The notes under the pieces are model-generated. The model saw only the letters and a list, made by a program, of their open reading frames with translations. It did no database searches and had not been told where the DNA came from. A stretch of 64,000 nucleotides of DNA from Rhodothermales bacterium (GTDB lineage Bacteria; Bacteroidota; Rhodothermia; Rhodothermales; VXPQ01): assembly GCA_965248175.1 (NCBI GenBank), contig OZ252093.1:2681108-2745107 (forward strand), given 5' to 3'. A program made the position numbers and the translations under genes. Positions 29,204 through 39,503 of the stretch are shown in pieces (the stretch's first letter is position 1; each line of letters starts with the position of its first letter).

Positions 29204-30526
29204 TCAGCGTGTCCCGTTCGATGCGCCCGTCGAAGCGGCATCCATGACATCCCGAATAGCCTCGACCACGAAATCCGGCGCTTCCCGGTGAAACCACGTT
29301 CCGCTGCGCCGGGTCTGCACATGCCGGCTCCACGTGAGCCCATCCAGCAATTCTTCCCGCAATTCGGCCTTCGCCCGAATCCCGGCCTCTGTTTCGCCCA
29401 CCCAGCGCGGCGTTTCCGGGGTTTGCAGGGACGTAAGCACAACCACGGGTATATCCGGCAGCGTCCCGGCGCCTGCAAAAGCGCCTGTTTCCATCATGTC
29501 CCTGTATATCTCGAATTCGCCGCGTTCAGCATCCGAAGCGAGACCGTACAACATGCTCTTTCCGGCAATATATCGATCCATGGAATCCTCATCCATGGCG
29601 CCAAGCCGCTGTCCCTCCCCTTCATGCACCGGCTCTACCAGCACCAACCCCGCCACCGCACCGGGATATTGCCCGGTAAACGCCCGGGCAAACACGGCTC
29701 CGAGCCCGTGCGCCACCAGTATGTACGGCGGCTCAGCCTCCAGATTCTGCAGAAGGGTATGGAGTTCTTCCGCAATGTAGGAGGGCCTCCTTTCGGTCTG
29801 GCGGGACGGCGGCAAGGTATCCGAATATCCCAGACCTGAACGCGAATACGATATAGCCCGGGCGAACGCCTGTACATCATGGTGCACATAATCCCATACG
29901 CGCAGGTCCTCGCCCAGATCGGACACGAAGACGACGGGCATGCCTTCGCCTTCGTCCAGCGCATACAGATTGTAGCCCCCGGCATCCACTTTCCCTCCGC
30001 GAGGGCCATCGAGCATGTCCAACTCGCGGTACTTGACCAACCGGTCAACCCGATCCAGGCGCTGCTGCACCCGCTCCCGGGAAAGACGCTCCGCAGATGT
30101 GACGCTGCCGGGCGGCGCGATCGTCACGGGCCCCATACTCGCCTCCTCGTCGGAACAAACCCCTACAAACACCCCATCGGGTTCACGCTCAAGCTGGCAA
30201 GCTATCCGAAAAGAAGGCCACCAGGCAAACGACAGAAAACCTTCCAGCAAGCGCACCTCTTCCACAAGGAATTCCTCCCGGGCAAGGTGCTCGACATACA
30301 AGCGCGCCGACGCCGATTCTCCGGCGTCGGGCAGAACGATCGTCACGCCGAAGGGCGTACCGCCGGGGTTTTGCATGAACCCGGTCCATCTGCCCGCTTC
30401 GGGCACATCGCCAGCCGGAATGGCGGTTTGGCCTTGAGCGTGTTGAAAGCCACACGAAAGAATGAGTACGGCGACACAAGTCGCCATCGCAGCAAAGCGC
30501 ATGGGTACGTAAAATGGTTGGATCAT
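29204..30526 (-). CDS. Secreted alpha/beta-hydrolase-fold protein lacking the canonical Ser and His
   Basis: Signal peptide; YSRSGLGYSD, PPYILVAHGLG (usually GHSxG), GLVLVEP, SGTWFHREAP (usually SGH). Start uncertain. Confidence 0.7.
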   Translation of the reverse strand: MIQPFYVPMRFAAMATCVAVLILSCGFQHAQGQTAIPAGDVPEAGRWTGFMQNPGGTPFGVTIVLPDAGESASARLYVEHLAREEFLVEEVRLLEGFLSFAWWPSFRIACQLEREPDGVFVGVCSDEEASMGPVTIAPPGSVTSAERLSRERVQQRLDRVDRLVKYRELDMLDGPRGGKVDAGGYNLYALDEGEGMPVVFVSDLGEDLRVWDYVHHDVQAFARAISYSRSGLGYSDTLPPSRQTERRPSYIAEELHTLLQNLEAEPPYILVAHGLGAVFARAFTGQYPGAVAGLVLVEPVHEGEGQRLGAMDEDSMDRYIAGKSMLYGLASDAERGEFEIYRDMMETGAFAGAGTLPDIPVVVLTSLQTPETPRWVGETEAGIRAKAELREELLDGLTWSRHVQTRRSGTWFHREAPDFVVEAIRDVMDAASTGASNGTR

Positions 30527-30548
30527 CGTAGAGAAAGCAAAAAATGCA

Positions 30549-30687
30549 TTATTCTTCGCTCGCCATGCGGGCAAGCATATTCAGGTTGTTTCGGGCGGTG
30601 CGGTTGCCCGGATCGAGCCGGATCGTCATTTCCCAAGCCTGGCGCGCCTCGTCATACCGCTCGGCATTGCCATAAGCCACGCCCAGG
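30549..30687 (-). pseudogene. C-terminal remnant of a TPR gene cut by the IS3 end
   Basis: Hand translation: LGVAYGNAERYDEARQAWEMTIRLDPGNRTARNNLNMLARMASEE* (TAA 30549-30551). Confidence 0.75.
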
Positions 30688-31872
30688 AGAAATGGTCCAT
30701 AAAAGTTGGACAATCCTTTAAGTGTCCTGTCACATCGGGTTCATGCCGCCTTGGTCAGCGGTTTGCGCTTGTAGAATACGTCGTCGGGGGTTCGGTTGTC
30801 AAGTCCCTAATGGGAGCGCTCTTCGTTGAAGTAGCGCAGGTAGTCGGCGATGCGCCTCTTTGCCTGGGCCACCGTCTCGTATGCGTGCCGATAGACTTCT
30901 TCCTGCTTGAGGCTGCGCCAGAGACGCTCCACGTACACGTCCGCCCGGCCAGCGGCCCTTGCCGTCCATCGAGATCAGCACGCCATGCGCCTTGAGCGCA
31001 TCGGTGAAGGCCTGCCCAAGTAAAATGCGCTCCCTGGTCGGTGTTGAATATCTCCGGCGCACCGTAGCGGGCAATGGCTTCCTCAAGGGCTTCGACGCAG
31101 AAGGCAGCGTCGAGCCCGGTGGGCAAGCACCTTGCGGCTGTGCCAGTCGATTACGGCCACGAGATAGAGAAAGCCCTTCGCCATAGGGATATACGTGATA
31201 TCCGCCGCATAGACCTGTCGGGGGCGCACAACCTTTATGTTCCTGAGCAGATACGGATAGACCTTGTGTCCGGCTCCCGGAGACGACGTGGGCGCTTCGG
31301 GTAGATGGCCCGCAGGCCCGCATGAGGCGAACGACGCGGCTTCTGGCGACGCCGACGCCTTACGCTCGGAGAGCATGCTCTTGATCGTGCGCGATCCGCT
31401 CGTGGGGCGTTCCATATAGAGCCTGTCTATCTCTTCCGTCACGGCAAGATTCTCTTCGCTCTCGCCCCGAGGCCGATAGTAGGCCGTCGAACGGTTCAGC
31501 GACAGGAGCGTACACTGGCGAACCACGGGCAAGGGATGGAGGCGATCTATCGTCGCCCGGCGTTCGACTAACGGTCGCGACCGAGCGCCTTCGATAAAAA
31601 ATCCTTCTCGATCGACAACTCTCCGATCTTTGCGTGAAGCGCCTTGACCTCGGCCTTGCGCTCGCCCGTAGCGCCGCCCTGGCCTCGAGCGAAAACCTCC
31701 TCGGCGGTCTCCACCAGCTGCTTCTTCCAAGATGGTATCTGGATCGGATGTACCTCGAAGCGTTCGGCGAGTTCGGCCAGCGTGCTCTCGTCGGGTTGGT
31801 TGAATCGGAACAAGGTCGCAACAGTACACCTTAATTCCACCAAAATCTGTCCAATCAAACCGAACCACCTCT
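30688..31872 (-). mobile_element. Degenerate IS3-family element (frameshifted, deleted relative of 45211-46500)
   Basis: Ends AGAAATGGTCC...TTGGACA and CTGTCCAATCAAACCGAACCACCTCT match the intact copy; orfA/orfB fragments in several frames; no flanking DR. Confidence 0.9.
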
Positions 31873-32905
31873 ATCCCACAGGAATTAACAGCGTCTTAAC
31901 ACCGCGCCGGCGCTCGAACCCCTCGAAGGCCTGCTCCCACTTCGTTACTTCACGGATATCGGTGATGAGCGGCTTCGTACGCACCTGCCCGGTTTGCAGC
32001 AGTTGCAACGCACGCAGCCATGCGGCAGGCACGCTCGCGTTGCTGCCGGTTACGACAAGTTCCTTGTAGCATACCTGATCAAGGTCCCATGCGATCGGTT
32101 TGCCGAAAAGCCCGATCTGAACATACCGCCCCCCTCGGCGAACAAGGTCCAGCAACCCTGCGGCGGCAGGTCCTGCGCCCGAGCATTCGTACACCACGTC
32201 GGCCCCCATTCTTTCAGGAGTGATACCGGCAACGAGTTCCGAAGGGTTCTCGCGCTGTACGTTTACGATGTGGTCGGCCCCGAACGCCCGGGCCATGTCC
32301 AGACGGTGCCCGTCGCTGTCCGTACCGAGCATGACTACGGTCGCGCCGGCTGCCTTTACCACCTGCAACGTAAGCAGGCCGATGGCTCCGGGACCCGCCA
32401 CGACCGCCACATCGCCGGGCGATACCGTCGGGGTGCTCGAAACACCGTGAACAACGCATGCAAGCGGCTCGGTCAAGGCGCCGGCGTGAAAATCCACATT
32501 GTCCGGCAAGGCATGAATATTGGAAGCCGGCACGATCACGTACCGGGTGAATCCTCCGTTGACGGCAGATCCGATCGAAAGGCGATTCAGACACAGGTTG
32601 GCGCGCCCGGTGCGGCAATAGCGGCATGCGCCGCATGTAGAAAAATAGGTCTCGGTCGTTACGCGAAGGCCCGGCGCAAGATGATCCACATCGTCTCCGG
32701 CGTCCACAATTTCACCCGCAACTTCGTGTCCGAGAACGACAGGGGGCCGTGAAGCGAATTCGTCCTTATATATATGGAGGTCCGTGCCGCAGATGCCGGC
32801 AGCCTGCACGCGAATCTTGACTTGTCCGGGAGCCGGGTCGGGTTCGGGAATATCACGGAGTTCGATATGCCCCACGCCCGGCGCCACTTTCATTACGGCT
32901 TTCAT
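31871..32905 (-). CDS. Zn-dependent alcohol/polyol dehydrogenase (MDR family)
   Basis: [36 protein letters not shown]; start MKAVMK at 32905. Confidence 0.9.
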   Translation of the reverse strand: MKAVMKVAPGVGHIELRDIPEPDPAPGQVKIRVQAAGICGTDLHIYKDEFASRPPVVLGHEVAGEIVDAGDDVDHLAPGLRVTTETYFSTCGACRYCRTGRANLCLNRLSIGSAVNGGFTRYVIVPASNIHALPDNVDFHAGALTEPLACVVHGVSSTPTVSPGDVAVVAGPGAIGLLTLQVVKAAGATVVMLGTDSDGHRLDMARAFGADHIVNVQRENPSELVAGITPERMGADVVYECSGAGPAAAGLLDLVRRGGRYVQIGLFGKPIAWDLDQVCYKELVVTGSNASVPAAWLRALQLLQTGQVRTKPLITDIREVTKWEQAFEGFERRRGVKTLLIPVG

Positions 32906-33077
32906 GGCAACCATTTCATTCGATGTACGTTCACGGGGTGATTTTCCCCAAGCGTGTTTGCCCTCCCTGTACATACCGCTTGAAAACCGGGTTCCTGTCC
33001 TACGCAACAATGTTACATTTCCGCAGTGTACGGCCAGAGGAACACAGAGGCGGTTCGCCGGATTTACCATGTGCGGC

Positions 33078-33225
33078 GCCGGGTGCATGCTGCGGACCCG
33101 CCCCGGTGTGCGGATGCATGCTGTGGACCCGCCGGAGCCGGGTGCATGCTGCGGCCCACGCCGGTGCGCGGATGCATGGCGTGAAGAGCGTGGCCCCTCG
33201 GACCCTGTACTGTGGACCCGCCGGC
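33078..33225. repeat. Degenerate tandem repeat (core TGCATGCTG[C/T]GGACCCGCC, about 30-bp period)
   Basis: GCCGGGTGCATGCTGCGG at 33078 and 33137; CGGATGCATG twice; CTGTGGACCCGCCGG twice. Confidence 0.7.
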
Positions 33226-33309
33226 CGCCGGCTACATGCCACTGACCTCCGCCGCGCGTAGACACACGCCGCGCCAAATATCTTTACAAAATATTCTCAT
33301 CCTGACCCC

Positions 33310-34785
33310 ATGCCCCCCGCTCCCCTGCATCATTATATCGAAGGCGACTGGCGACTCCGCCGGGAAAGCCCCCTGCTGGACGTGATCAACCCGGCCACCA
33401 CTGCACCGCTGGCGCGGGTTCCCCTCTCCTCGAAGGAAGAGGTGGACCATGCCGTGCAGGCGGCGCACAAGGCGTTCCGGGAATGGCGGGCTACGCCGGT
33501 CACGGAACGGATCGGATACCTCTTCCGGCTCAAGCAGTTGCTGGAGGAGCACGTAGACGACCTTGCCAGAACCATCACGAACGAGTGCGGCAAAACCTTC
33601 CGGGAAAGCCTGGGCGAGCTCCGGCGGGGCATCGAAAACGTGGAGGTGGCTATCGGAACGCCCATACTCATGCAGGGCGTGAACAACGAGGACATTGCGC
33701 GCGGCATCGACGAGCACATGATCCGGCAACCGCTGGGCGTGACCGCAGCCATCACTCCATTCAATTTCCCGGGCATGATCCCTTTGTGGTTTTTGCCCTA
33801 CGCCGTCGCCACCGGCAACTGCTTCATCCTGAAGCCAAGCGAGCGCGTCCCCATGACCAGCACCCGGCTATTCGACCTGATCGACGCCTGCGGCTTTCCG
33901 CCGGGCGTGCTGCAACTCGTCCACGGGGGCAAGGACACGGTGGATGCGCTCCTCGATCATCCGCTGGTGCGCGCCGTGAGTTTCGTAGGATCGACGCCGG
34001 TGGCGCGGTATGTCTACAGCAGGGCATGCGCTGCAGGAAAACGCGCGCAGTGCCAGGGAGGCGCCAAAAACCCCGTGGTGATCATGCCGGATGCGGACAT
34101 GGACATGACGACGCAGATCATGGCCGACTCCGCTTTCGGCTGCGCCGGACAGCGATGCCTTGCCGCCTCCGTAGCCGTAACGGTAGGAAGCGCAGGCAAG
34201 GCATTTACCGAACGGATTGCAGACGCCGCTGCATCCCGCCGGGTGGGCTACGGCCTGGACGAGGATGTGCAAATGGGGCCCGTCATTTCCGGGCAAAGCA
34301 GGCAGCGCATCGAAGGACTCATTGAAACGGGTACGAAAGAGGGCGCCCGGCTGGTCGTGGACGGCCGGGGCAAACAAGTCGGGGGCTACGAAGACGGGTA
34401 TTTTCTTTTTCCCTCCGTGCTTGCCGACATTCCCCCTGCAAGTACGCTGTCCCGGATCGAAGTATTCGGTCCCGTGCTGAGCCTGTCCCATGTCGAGACC
34501 ATCGACGAGGCCATCCGGTTCGTGAACGATCGCCCCTATGGAAACATGGCCTGCATCTTCACAAGCAGCGGGGCGCACGCACGGCAATTCCGCCACGAAG
34601 CGGACGCCGGCAACATCGGCGTCAACATCGGCGTGGCCGCCCCGATGGCCTTTTTTCCGTTCAGCGGCTGGAACGAAAGTTTCTTCGGGGACTTGCATGC
34701 GCAGTCCTGGCACGGCGTGGAGTTCTACACGCAAACGAAAGTGGTGGTGGAACGCTGGCCGAGCACATGGACCCGCACCTTCTGA
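33310..34785 (+). CDS. iolA: CoA-acylating (methyl)malonate-semialdehyde dehydrogenase
   Basis: [55 protein letters not shown]...FYTQTKVV. Confidence 0.9.
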   Translation: MPPAPLHHYIEGDWRLRRESPLLDVINPATTAPLARVPLSSKEEVDHAVQAAHKAFREWRATPVTERIGYLFRLKQLLEEHVDDLARTITNECGKTFRESLGELRRGIENVEVAIGTPILMQGVNNEDIARGIDEHMIRQPLGVTAAITPFNFPGMIPLWFLPYAVATGNCFILKPSERVPMTSTRLFDLIDACGFPPGVLQLVHGGKDTVDALLDHPLVRAVSFVGSTPVARYVYSRACAAGKRAQCQGGAKNPVVIMPDADMDMTTQIMADSAFGCAGQRCLAASVAVTVGSAGKAFTERIADAAASRRVGYGLDEDVQMGPVISGQSRQRIEGLIETGTKEGARLVVDGRGKQVGGYEDGYFLFPSVLADIPPASTLSRIEVFGPVLSLSHVETIDEAIRFVNDRPYGNMACIFTSSGAHARQFRHEADAGNIGVNIGVAAPMAFFPFSGWNESFFGDLHAQSWHGVEFYTQTKVVVERWPSTWTRTF

Positions 34786-34800
34786 TTTATCCGGCCAAGC

Positions 34801-35760
34801 ATGTCCGAACGAACTTTTGACGTCATCAGCCTGGGGCGGCTGGCGATCGACCTGTACGCCGACGAGGTCGGCGTGGAACTGTCCCGCGTACGGCATTTCA
34901 GCGTCTATGCGGGGGGATGCCCGACCAACTTCGCCACAGGCGCAGCGCGGCTGGGTCTGCGCGTGGCGATGGCGTCCCGGATCGGCACAGACGGCTTGAG
35001 CGACGGTCTGGTCGACTTTCTGACGAAAGAAGGGGTCGACACCCGGTATGTCGTACGCGATCCGGAGCACTTGACGGGGCTGGCTTTTCTGAGCATCCTC
35101 CCCCCCGACACGTTCCCGCTCGTCTACTACCGCCCCGATCCGGCCGACATGCACATGACGGCAGAGGATATCGCCCCCATCGCTTTCGACGATACGAAGG
35201 TGCTGTTCGTGGCCGGGTCCCGGTTCAGCGGCGAACCCGCCCGCAGCACATCACTGGGCGCTATGGAGCTCGCGCGCGCGGCAGGGGCGGAAATTATCCT
35301 CGATATAGACAGACGGCCCACGCTCTGGGCAGACCTTGACGCCTTCGGCGGACACCTTCGCAAAGCGCTCCCTCTTGTGGACATCGCCATTGGGACGGAG
35401 GATGAAATCACTGCCGGCGCCGACCGGCCAAGCGTTGAGGAAGCCGTACCCGTGCTGCTCGACCTGGTGCAGCAAGCCGTCGCCGTCAAGCGCGGGGAAA
35501 ACGGCTCGGAGGTGTATACGAAAGACGGAGGCGTACATCGCGCGCTCCCCTTTTCCGTGGATATACTCAATGTGCTTGGCGCCGGCGACGCCTGGGCCGC
35601 CGGATTCGCCTATGCGTACTTGCAGGGATGGGCATGGGAAAGATGCGCCCGGTTCGGCAACGCCACCGGGGCGATCATCGTGACGCGCCACGCCTGCGCG
35701 AACGACATGCCCACGCGCAAAGAAGTGGCTTCCTTTATCGAGGAGCAAGGGGGATTCTGA
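34801..35760 (+). CDS. iolC: 5-dehydro-2-deoxygluconokinase-like PfkB kinase
   Basis: FDVISLGRLAIDLY, GGCPTN, ILPPDTFPLVYYR, LNVLGAGDA, AIIVTRHACANDMP. Confidence 0.8.
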   Translation: MSERTFDVISLGRLAIDLYADEVGVELSRVRHFSVYAGGCPTNFATGAARLGLRVAMASRIGTDGLSDGLVDFLTKEGVDTRYVVRDPEHLTGLAFLSILPPDTFPLVYYRPDPADMHMTAEDIAPIAFDDTKVLFVAGSRFSGEPARSTSLGAMELARAAGAEIILDIDRRPTLWADLDAFGGHLRKALPLVDIAIGTEDEITAGADRPSVEEAVPVLLDLVQQAVAVKRGENGSEVYTKDGGVHRALPFSVDILNVLGAGDAWAAGFAYAYLQGWAWERCARFGNATGAIIVTRHACANDMPTRKEVASFIEEQGGF

Positions 35761-36743
35761 TGGGGACCGCACCCATTCGGGCAGGCCAGGAAAACCGCGA
35801 AGACGGAAGCCATAAGGACCATCCCGCGGCGCACGTTGCGGTCGAGCGCCATTTGAGCCGGTGCGCGGGGGCGGAAGGCGCGTTTACCGTGCTCGCCATC
35901 GATCACCGGGCCAACCTTGCGGAGGATATGGCGAACGCACGGGGTCGCTCCGTGAGCAGGCAGGACATTCTTGCATTCAAGCGGGCGGCCATCCGGGGAC
36001 TTGCCGGTTCGTACAGCGCCGTACTGACCGACCCGGATTACGGCTTCCCTGCACTGGCGGATATGCCGGGCGCCCCCGAAAACGGATTCGGCCTCCTTGC
36101 CCCCCTGGAGGTCACCGACTACAGTGCACATCCAAGCCGGCGGGAAACAAAGTTCATTGAAAACTGGGGCGTGGAGGAAATCGTCCGTTCCGGTGGCAAC
36201 GGCGCAAAATTGCTGCTGTTTTTTCACCCGGAGGCCCGCCGCGCCGATGCGCAAACGGAACTTGTCGACCGGATCGGGGCGCAGTGCCGCGCCTGCGGCC
36301 TGCCATTCTTCCTGGAACCGGTGGCCTGCTCGCTCGACCCCGACCAGCCGCTTTCAAACGAGGAACGTGCGCAGGTTACGGTGGAAACCGCACGACATTT
36401 TTCGCAGCGCAGTGTGGATGTGCTGAAAATGCCCTTCCCGCTGAATCCCGATGCGCACCCGGACACCTGGGAACCGGCGCTCCGGGACCTCGACGAGGCC
36501 TGTGCGGTCCCGTGGACACTATTGAGTGGAGGCGTGTCGTTTGCATTGTTTGCAAAACAGGCGGAGGCGGCGTGCCGGGCCGGCGCCAGCGGAGTCATCG
36601 CGGGGCGGGCCGTTTGGGGCGAGGGGGTGGCGTTGCAAGGCGATGCTCTGGACACTTTTATGAAGACCATCGCCCGCAAACGCATGGAAACCCTCGCTAC
36701 GCTGTGCAACCGGTACGGTACCCCGTGGCATGCACGGTCGTAA
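35760..36743 (+). CDS. Class I tagatose-bisphosphate aldolase-like (LacD/YihT family)
   Basis: LAIDHR, SAVLTDPDYG, AKLLLFFHP, FFLEP, VDVLKMPFP, WTLLSGGV, GASGVIAGRAVW; ATG overlaps the iolC stop. Confidence 0.8.
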   Translation: MGTAPIRAGQENREDGSHKDHPAAHVAVERHLSRCAGAEGAFTVLAIDHRANLAEDMANARGRSVSRQDILAFKRAAIRGLAGSYSAVLTDPDYGFPALADMPGAPENGFGLLAPLEVTDYSAHPSRRETKFIENWGVEEIVRSGGNGAKLLLFFHPEARRADAQTELVDRIGAQCRACGLPFFLEPVACSLDPDQPLSNEERAQVTVETARHFSQRSVDVLKMPFPLNPDAHPDTWEPALRDLDEACAVPWTLLSGGVSFALFAKQAEAACRAGASGVIAGRAVWGEGVALQGDALDTFMKTIARKRMETLATLCNRYGTPWHARS

Positions 36744-36925
36744 CGCCCCGGTCTGCCTGAAACATGGTATGCTTCCGGTAGATAAGCAGCGCAAAACACC
36801 CGGAAACGAATAGTGCAATGGTAACCCGGCGCGCCCGGGCGCGTTGCATCGGGGCAAGCGATTTGCAAAACACCGGCCTTGCGCCCATTTTGCATACTTC
36901 ATCCTACAAATCAATCAATAATCGG

Positions 36926-38323
36926 ATGGCGACACAAAACTCCTTCACTATCATCCGGCGCGGCGCCGAGCGCCTGCTGCACATTGCCGGGGATCCACCG
37001 GACGGATTCCGGGGCGAGGCCGCCGCGGACGGATTCCAGGGCGAGGCCGCCGCGGACGGGCTACACTGCCCGCTCAATGCCCACAATGCCGACGTCCTTC
37101 GGAAAGTGCTCCCATGGACGGCGCCGGTACTCGTGGGCCTGCGTAAATCCTTCGGGTTCGGAGACCGGCTGGGCATCGCCACGCCCGGGCACCTCGACGC
37201 ACTCGGCAACCTGCGCGAAAGCGGCTTTTTTCCCGTCCTTGCGCAGCAATCCATGCGTGAAATGGCGCGCGCGCGGCGCAGCCCCCAGCAGGTGATGGAC
37301 GATGTCACCTGGGCTGTCGTCGAAACCGGATACCGGGGCGGATTCGGCTGCGACGCCGACCATGTCAAAACCGAGGAGGAAATCGACCGGTGCATCGACG
37401 CGGGCTTCATCGGTTTCACGCTCGATCCCGGGCAGTATGTGTGCGCTACGGCCGATACGGAGGACCCCGTCGCACTCCGGAAACACCTGGCCGAACTGCC
37501 CTGGGATACCCTCCAAAGCAACCCGAAGGATCATCGCCGGCGCTATGTGACCAGGCAAACATCGGGGGATGCGTTCTCTGAAGAGACCTACCTGCGAGCC
37601 GCCGTCAAGTACGGCCCGGCCCTTGCGCAAACGGCCAGGCTCCATGCGCACCTGCGCGACCGGTTCGGCGCAGCCCCCTTCGACCTCGAGGTCTCGGTCG
37701 ATGAAACGGATACGCCCACGACCCCCGAACAACACCGCTTCATTGCGCTGGAACTGCACCGCCTCGGAATCGACTTCATCGGTCTGGCTCCCCGATTCGT
37801 CGGAGACTTTTACAAGGGCGTGGATTACGTGGGCGATGTGGATGCTTTCGACAGGGACTACGCCATGCATGCCGCTATTGCCCAAGAACTTGGCCCCTAC
37901 AAACTGAGTGTGCATTCCGGCAGCGACAAACTGGCCATCTACCCGGCCGTTCAGCGGCGCACGCCGGACTATGTCCACGTCAAAACATCCGGCACGAGCT
38001 GGCTGGAGGCACTGCGCGTCATCGCGACGTATGCGCCCGGCCTCTTCCGCCGCATTCTGGATATGGCCGTGGACGGCTATGCAACGAACCGCCAAAGCTA
38101 CCACCTCGACGGACGCATCGAATGTATCCCGGACGTGGACGAAGGCGCTCTGCCGGACCTGCTCGACGATCATCACGCCCGACAGGTCGTTCATGTGGCG
38201 TTCGGCGCGGTGCTCGAAAAATACTACGACGAGGTGTACGCTGTGCTCACCGAACACGCCGATGCGCACCGGGAAGGCATCCGGCGGCATTTCGAAAAGC
38301 ATCTGGCGCCGTTCCGGGCATGA
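36926..38323 (+). CDS. uxaE: Tagaturonate/fructuronate epimerase
   Basis: SFGFGDRLGIATPGH, AQQSMREM, GCDADH, EVSVDET, LSVHSGSDK, HVKTSGTSWLEAL. Confidence 0.9.
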   Translation: MATQNSFTIIRRGAERLLHIAGDPPDGFRGEAAADGFQGEAAADGLHCPLNAHNADVLRKVLPWTAPVLVGLRKSFGFGDRLGIATPGHLDALGNLRESGFFPVLAQQSMREMARARRSPQQVMDDVTWAVVETGYRGGFGCDADHVKTEEEIDRCIDAGFIGFTLDPGQYVCATADTEDPVALRKHLAELPWDTLQSNPKDHRRRYVTRQTSGDAFSEETYLRAAVKYGPALAQTARLHAHLRDRFGAAPFDLEVSVDETDTPTTPEQHRFIALELHRLGIDFIGLAPRFVGDFYKGVDYVGDVDAFDRDYAMHAAIAQELGPYKLSVHSGSDKLAIYPAVQRRTPDYVHVKTSGTSWLEALRVIATYAPGLFRRILDMAVDGYATNRQSYHLDGRIECIPDVDEGALPDLLDDHHARQVVHVAFGAVLEKYYDEVYAVLTEHADAHREGIRRHFEKHLAPFRA

Positions 38324-38358
38324 CGGGAGACGCTACCTATGTGAGCAGGACGGTGAGG
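38294..38358 (+). repeat. 65-bp direct repeat, left copy (uxaE/lutC convergent 3' ends)
   Basis: 60/65 identical to 39944-40008 by manual alignment. Confidence 0.9.
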
Positions 38359-38384
38359 GTCCGTGACGGAGACAAGGGCGCAGC

Positions 38385-38436
38385 GGCGCAGGGCATGGAG
38401 GGCAAGCGGCTCCGGTACGCGGACCTGATCGCCTGA
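38385..38436 (+). pseudogene. C-terminal tail of an IS1595-family transposase
   Basis: AQGMEGKRLRYADLIA*; DNA GGGCAAGCGGCTCCGGTAC is shared with the tail of the transposase at ~52495 (MVGKRLRYRTLVA*). Confidence 0.7.
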
Positions 38437-38557
38437 CTCGAAAAACGAGAAAAATGCTTTCACGCCTGAACAAGAGGGATTTATTCTCGTATATTACGAC
38501 ATTCCAAAAAACCCTAAAACCCATGGAGGATCATGTTTAACACAGAGCTACAATACC

Positions 38558-38917
38558 GTGGAAATAAAAATAGCAGATCGTCGCCTCAGCAAAATTCTGC
38601 ATGACCAGCGGAAGATGTACAGAGAATACGGGCAGGTATCAGCACGTAAGATCCAGGAGAGGTTAGATGAAATCAGGCTGGCAAAGAACCTTAGAGAGCT
38701 TAAGCAGATTCACCCACGATTGCACGAACGCACAGGTAATCAAAAGGGCTTGTTTTCCGTTGATTTGGATCATCCGTTCCGGATGATTATGATACCGGAT
38801 CACGATCCTTTACCGTTGCTTCCTTCTGGCGGTATCGACCTCAGAGGGGTTGATCGGGTTGAAATCGTACGAGCGAAAATAGACGATCATGGAAAACGCA
38901 AAGGGCTTCAAGCCTAA
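38558..38917 (+). CDS. higB: HigB-like (RelE superfamily) toxin
   Basis: REYGQVSARKIQERLDEI, RLHERTGNQKGLFSVDLDHPFRMI; lies upstream of an HTH antitoxin. Confidence 0.8.
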   Translation: MEIKIADRRLSKILHDQRKMYREYGQVSARKIQERLDEIRLAKNLRELKQIHPRLHERTGNQKGLFSVDLDHPFRMIMIPDHDPLPLLPSGGIDLRGVDRVEIVRAKIDDHGKRKGLQA

Positions 38918-39503
38918 TTGGACCGTACACCCAGGAAGACATGTCGCTAACTTCCTTGAAGACAATGGGGTCAGCAAGCAGGCACTGGCTCGCCGAATGG
39001 GGGTTGCCATGAAAGAGGTGGAGGATATACTTGAGGGGGGCGAAATAAACAGGGATATTGCACGCGCTCTTGAAAAAGGAACGAGCGTACCAGCGAGTTT
39101 TTGGCTCAGGGCGGAAACCCATTACAAACGGGACTTAACCCGCTTAGCACCGAAGACCGTGGGACCTATGAGAATCACTGACAAGTTTTTGCGGTTGAGA
39201 GGGCGCGCTGCGACATCCTTCAAGAAGGATTATATAGAACGCCTTGCCGATATGGAAGATTTCGAGCAGGCTCAGCTTCTAAAAGACGCATGCGATTACG
39301 TTATTTTCGCGGAGGTGTACGACGAGGCTATACACATTTGTGTAGGTGTTGATACTGGTAAGGGGACATATGTAGCTTTTGGCCCTAAGCTCGTGGAATT
39401 TCACATGAAGAAGGAAATATCCCGGCGTCGCCGAGCCTCCATGTCTTTTTGGGGATTGCCCCTTGTCCCATCTGAACAACACGATAACCAGGTATGGACA
39501 TGA
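38889..39503 (+). CDS. higA: HigA-like Xre HTH antitoxin with an unassigned C-terminal domain
   Basis: FKPNWTVHPG...SKQALARRMG...IARALEKGTSVPASFWLRAE. Confidence 0.8.
   Translation: MENAKGFKPNWTVHPGRHVANFLEDNGVSKQALARRMGVAMKEVEDILEGGEINRDIARALEKGTSVPASFWLRAETHYKRDLTRLAPKTVGPMRITDKFLRLRGRAATSFKKDYIERLADMEDFEQAQLLKDACDYVIFAEVYDEAIHICVGVDTGKGTYVAFGPKLVEFHMKKEISRRRRASMSFWGLPLVPSEQHDNQVWT

Noticed and set aside
32906-33277. Long N-terminal extension of the Zn-dehydrogenase (likewise track extensions of lutA, rhaB, rhaI, aldolase, uxaE, permease)
   Set aside because: Extensions overlap neighbouring genes or repeats; family motifs begin at downstream ATGs.
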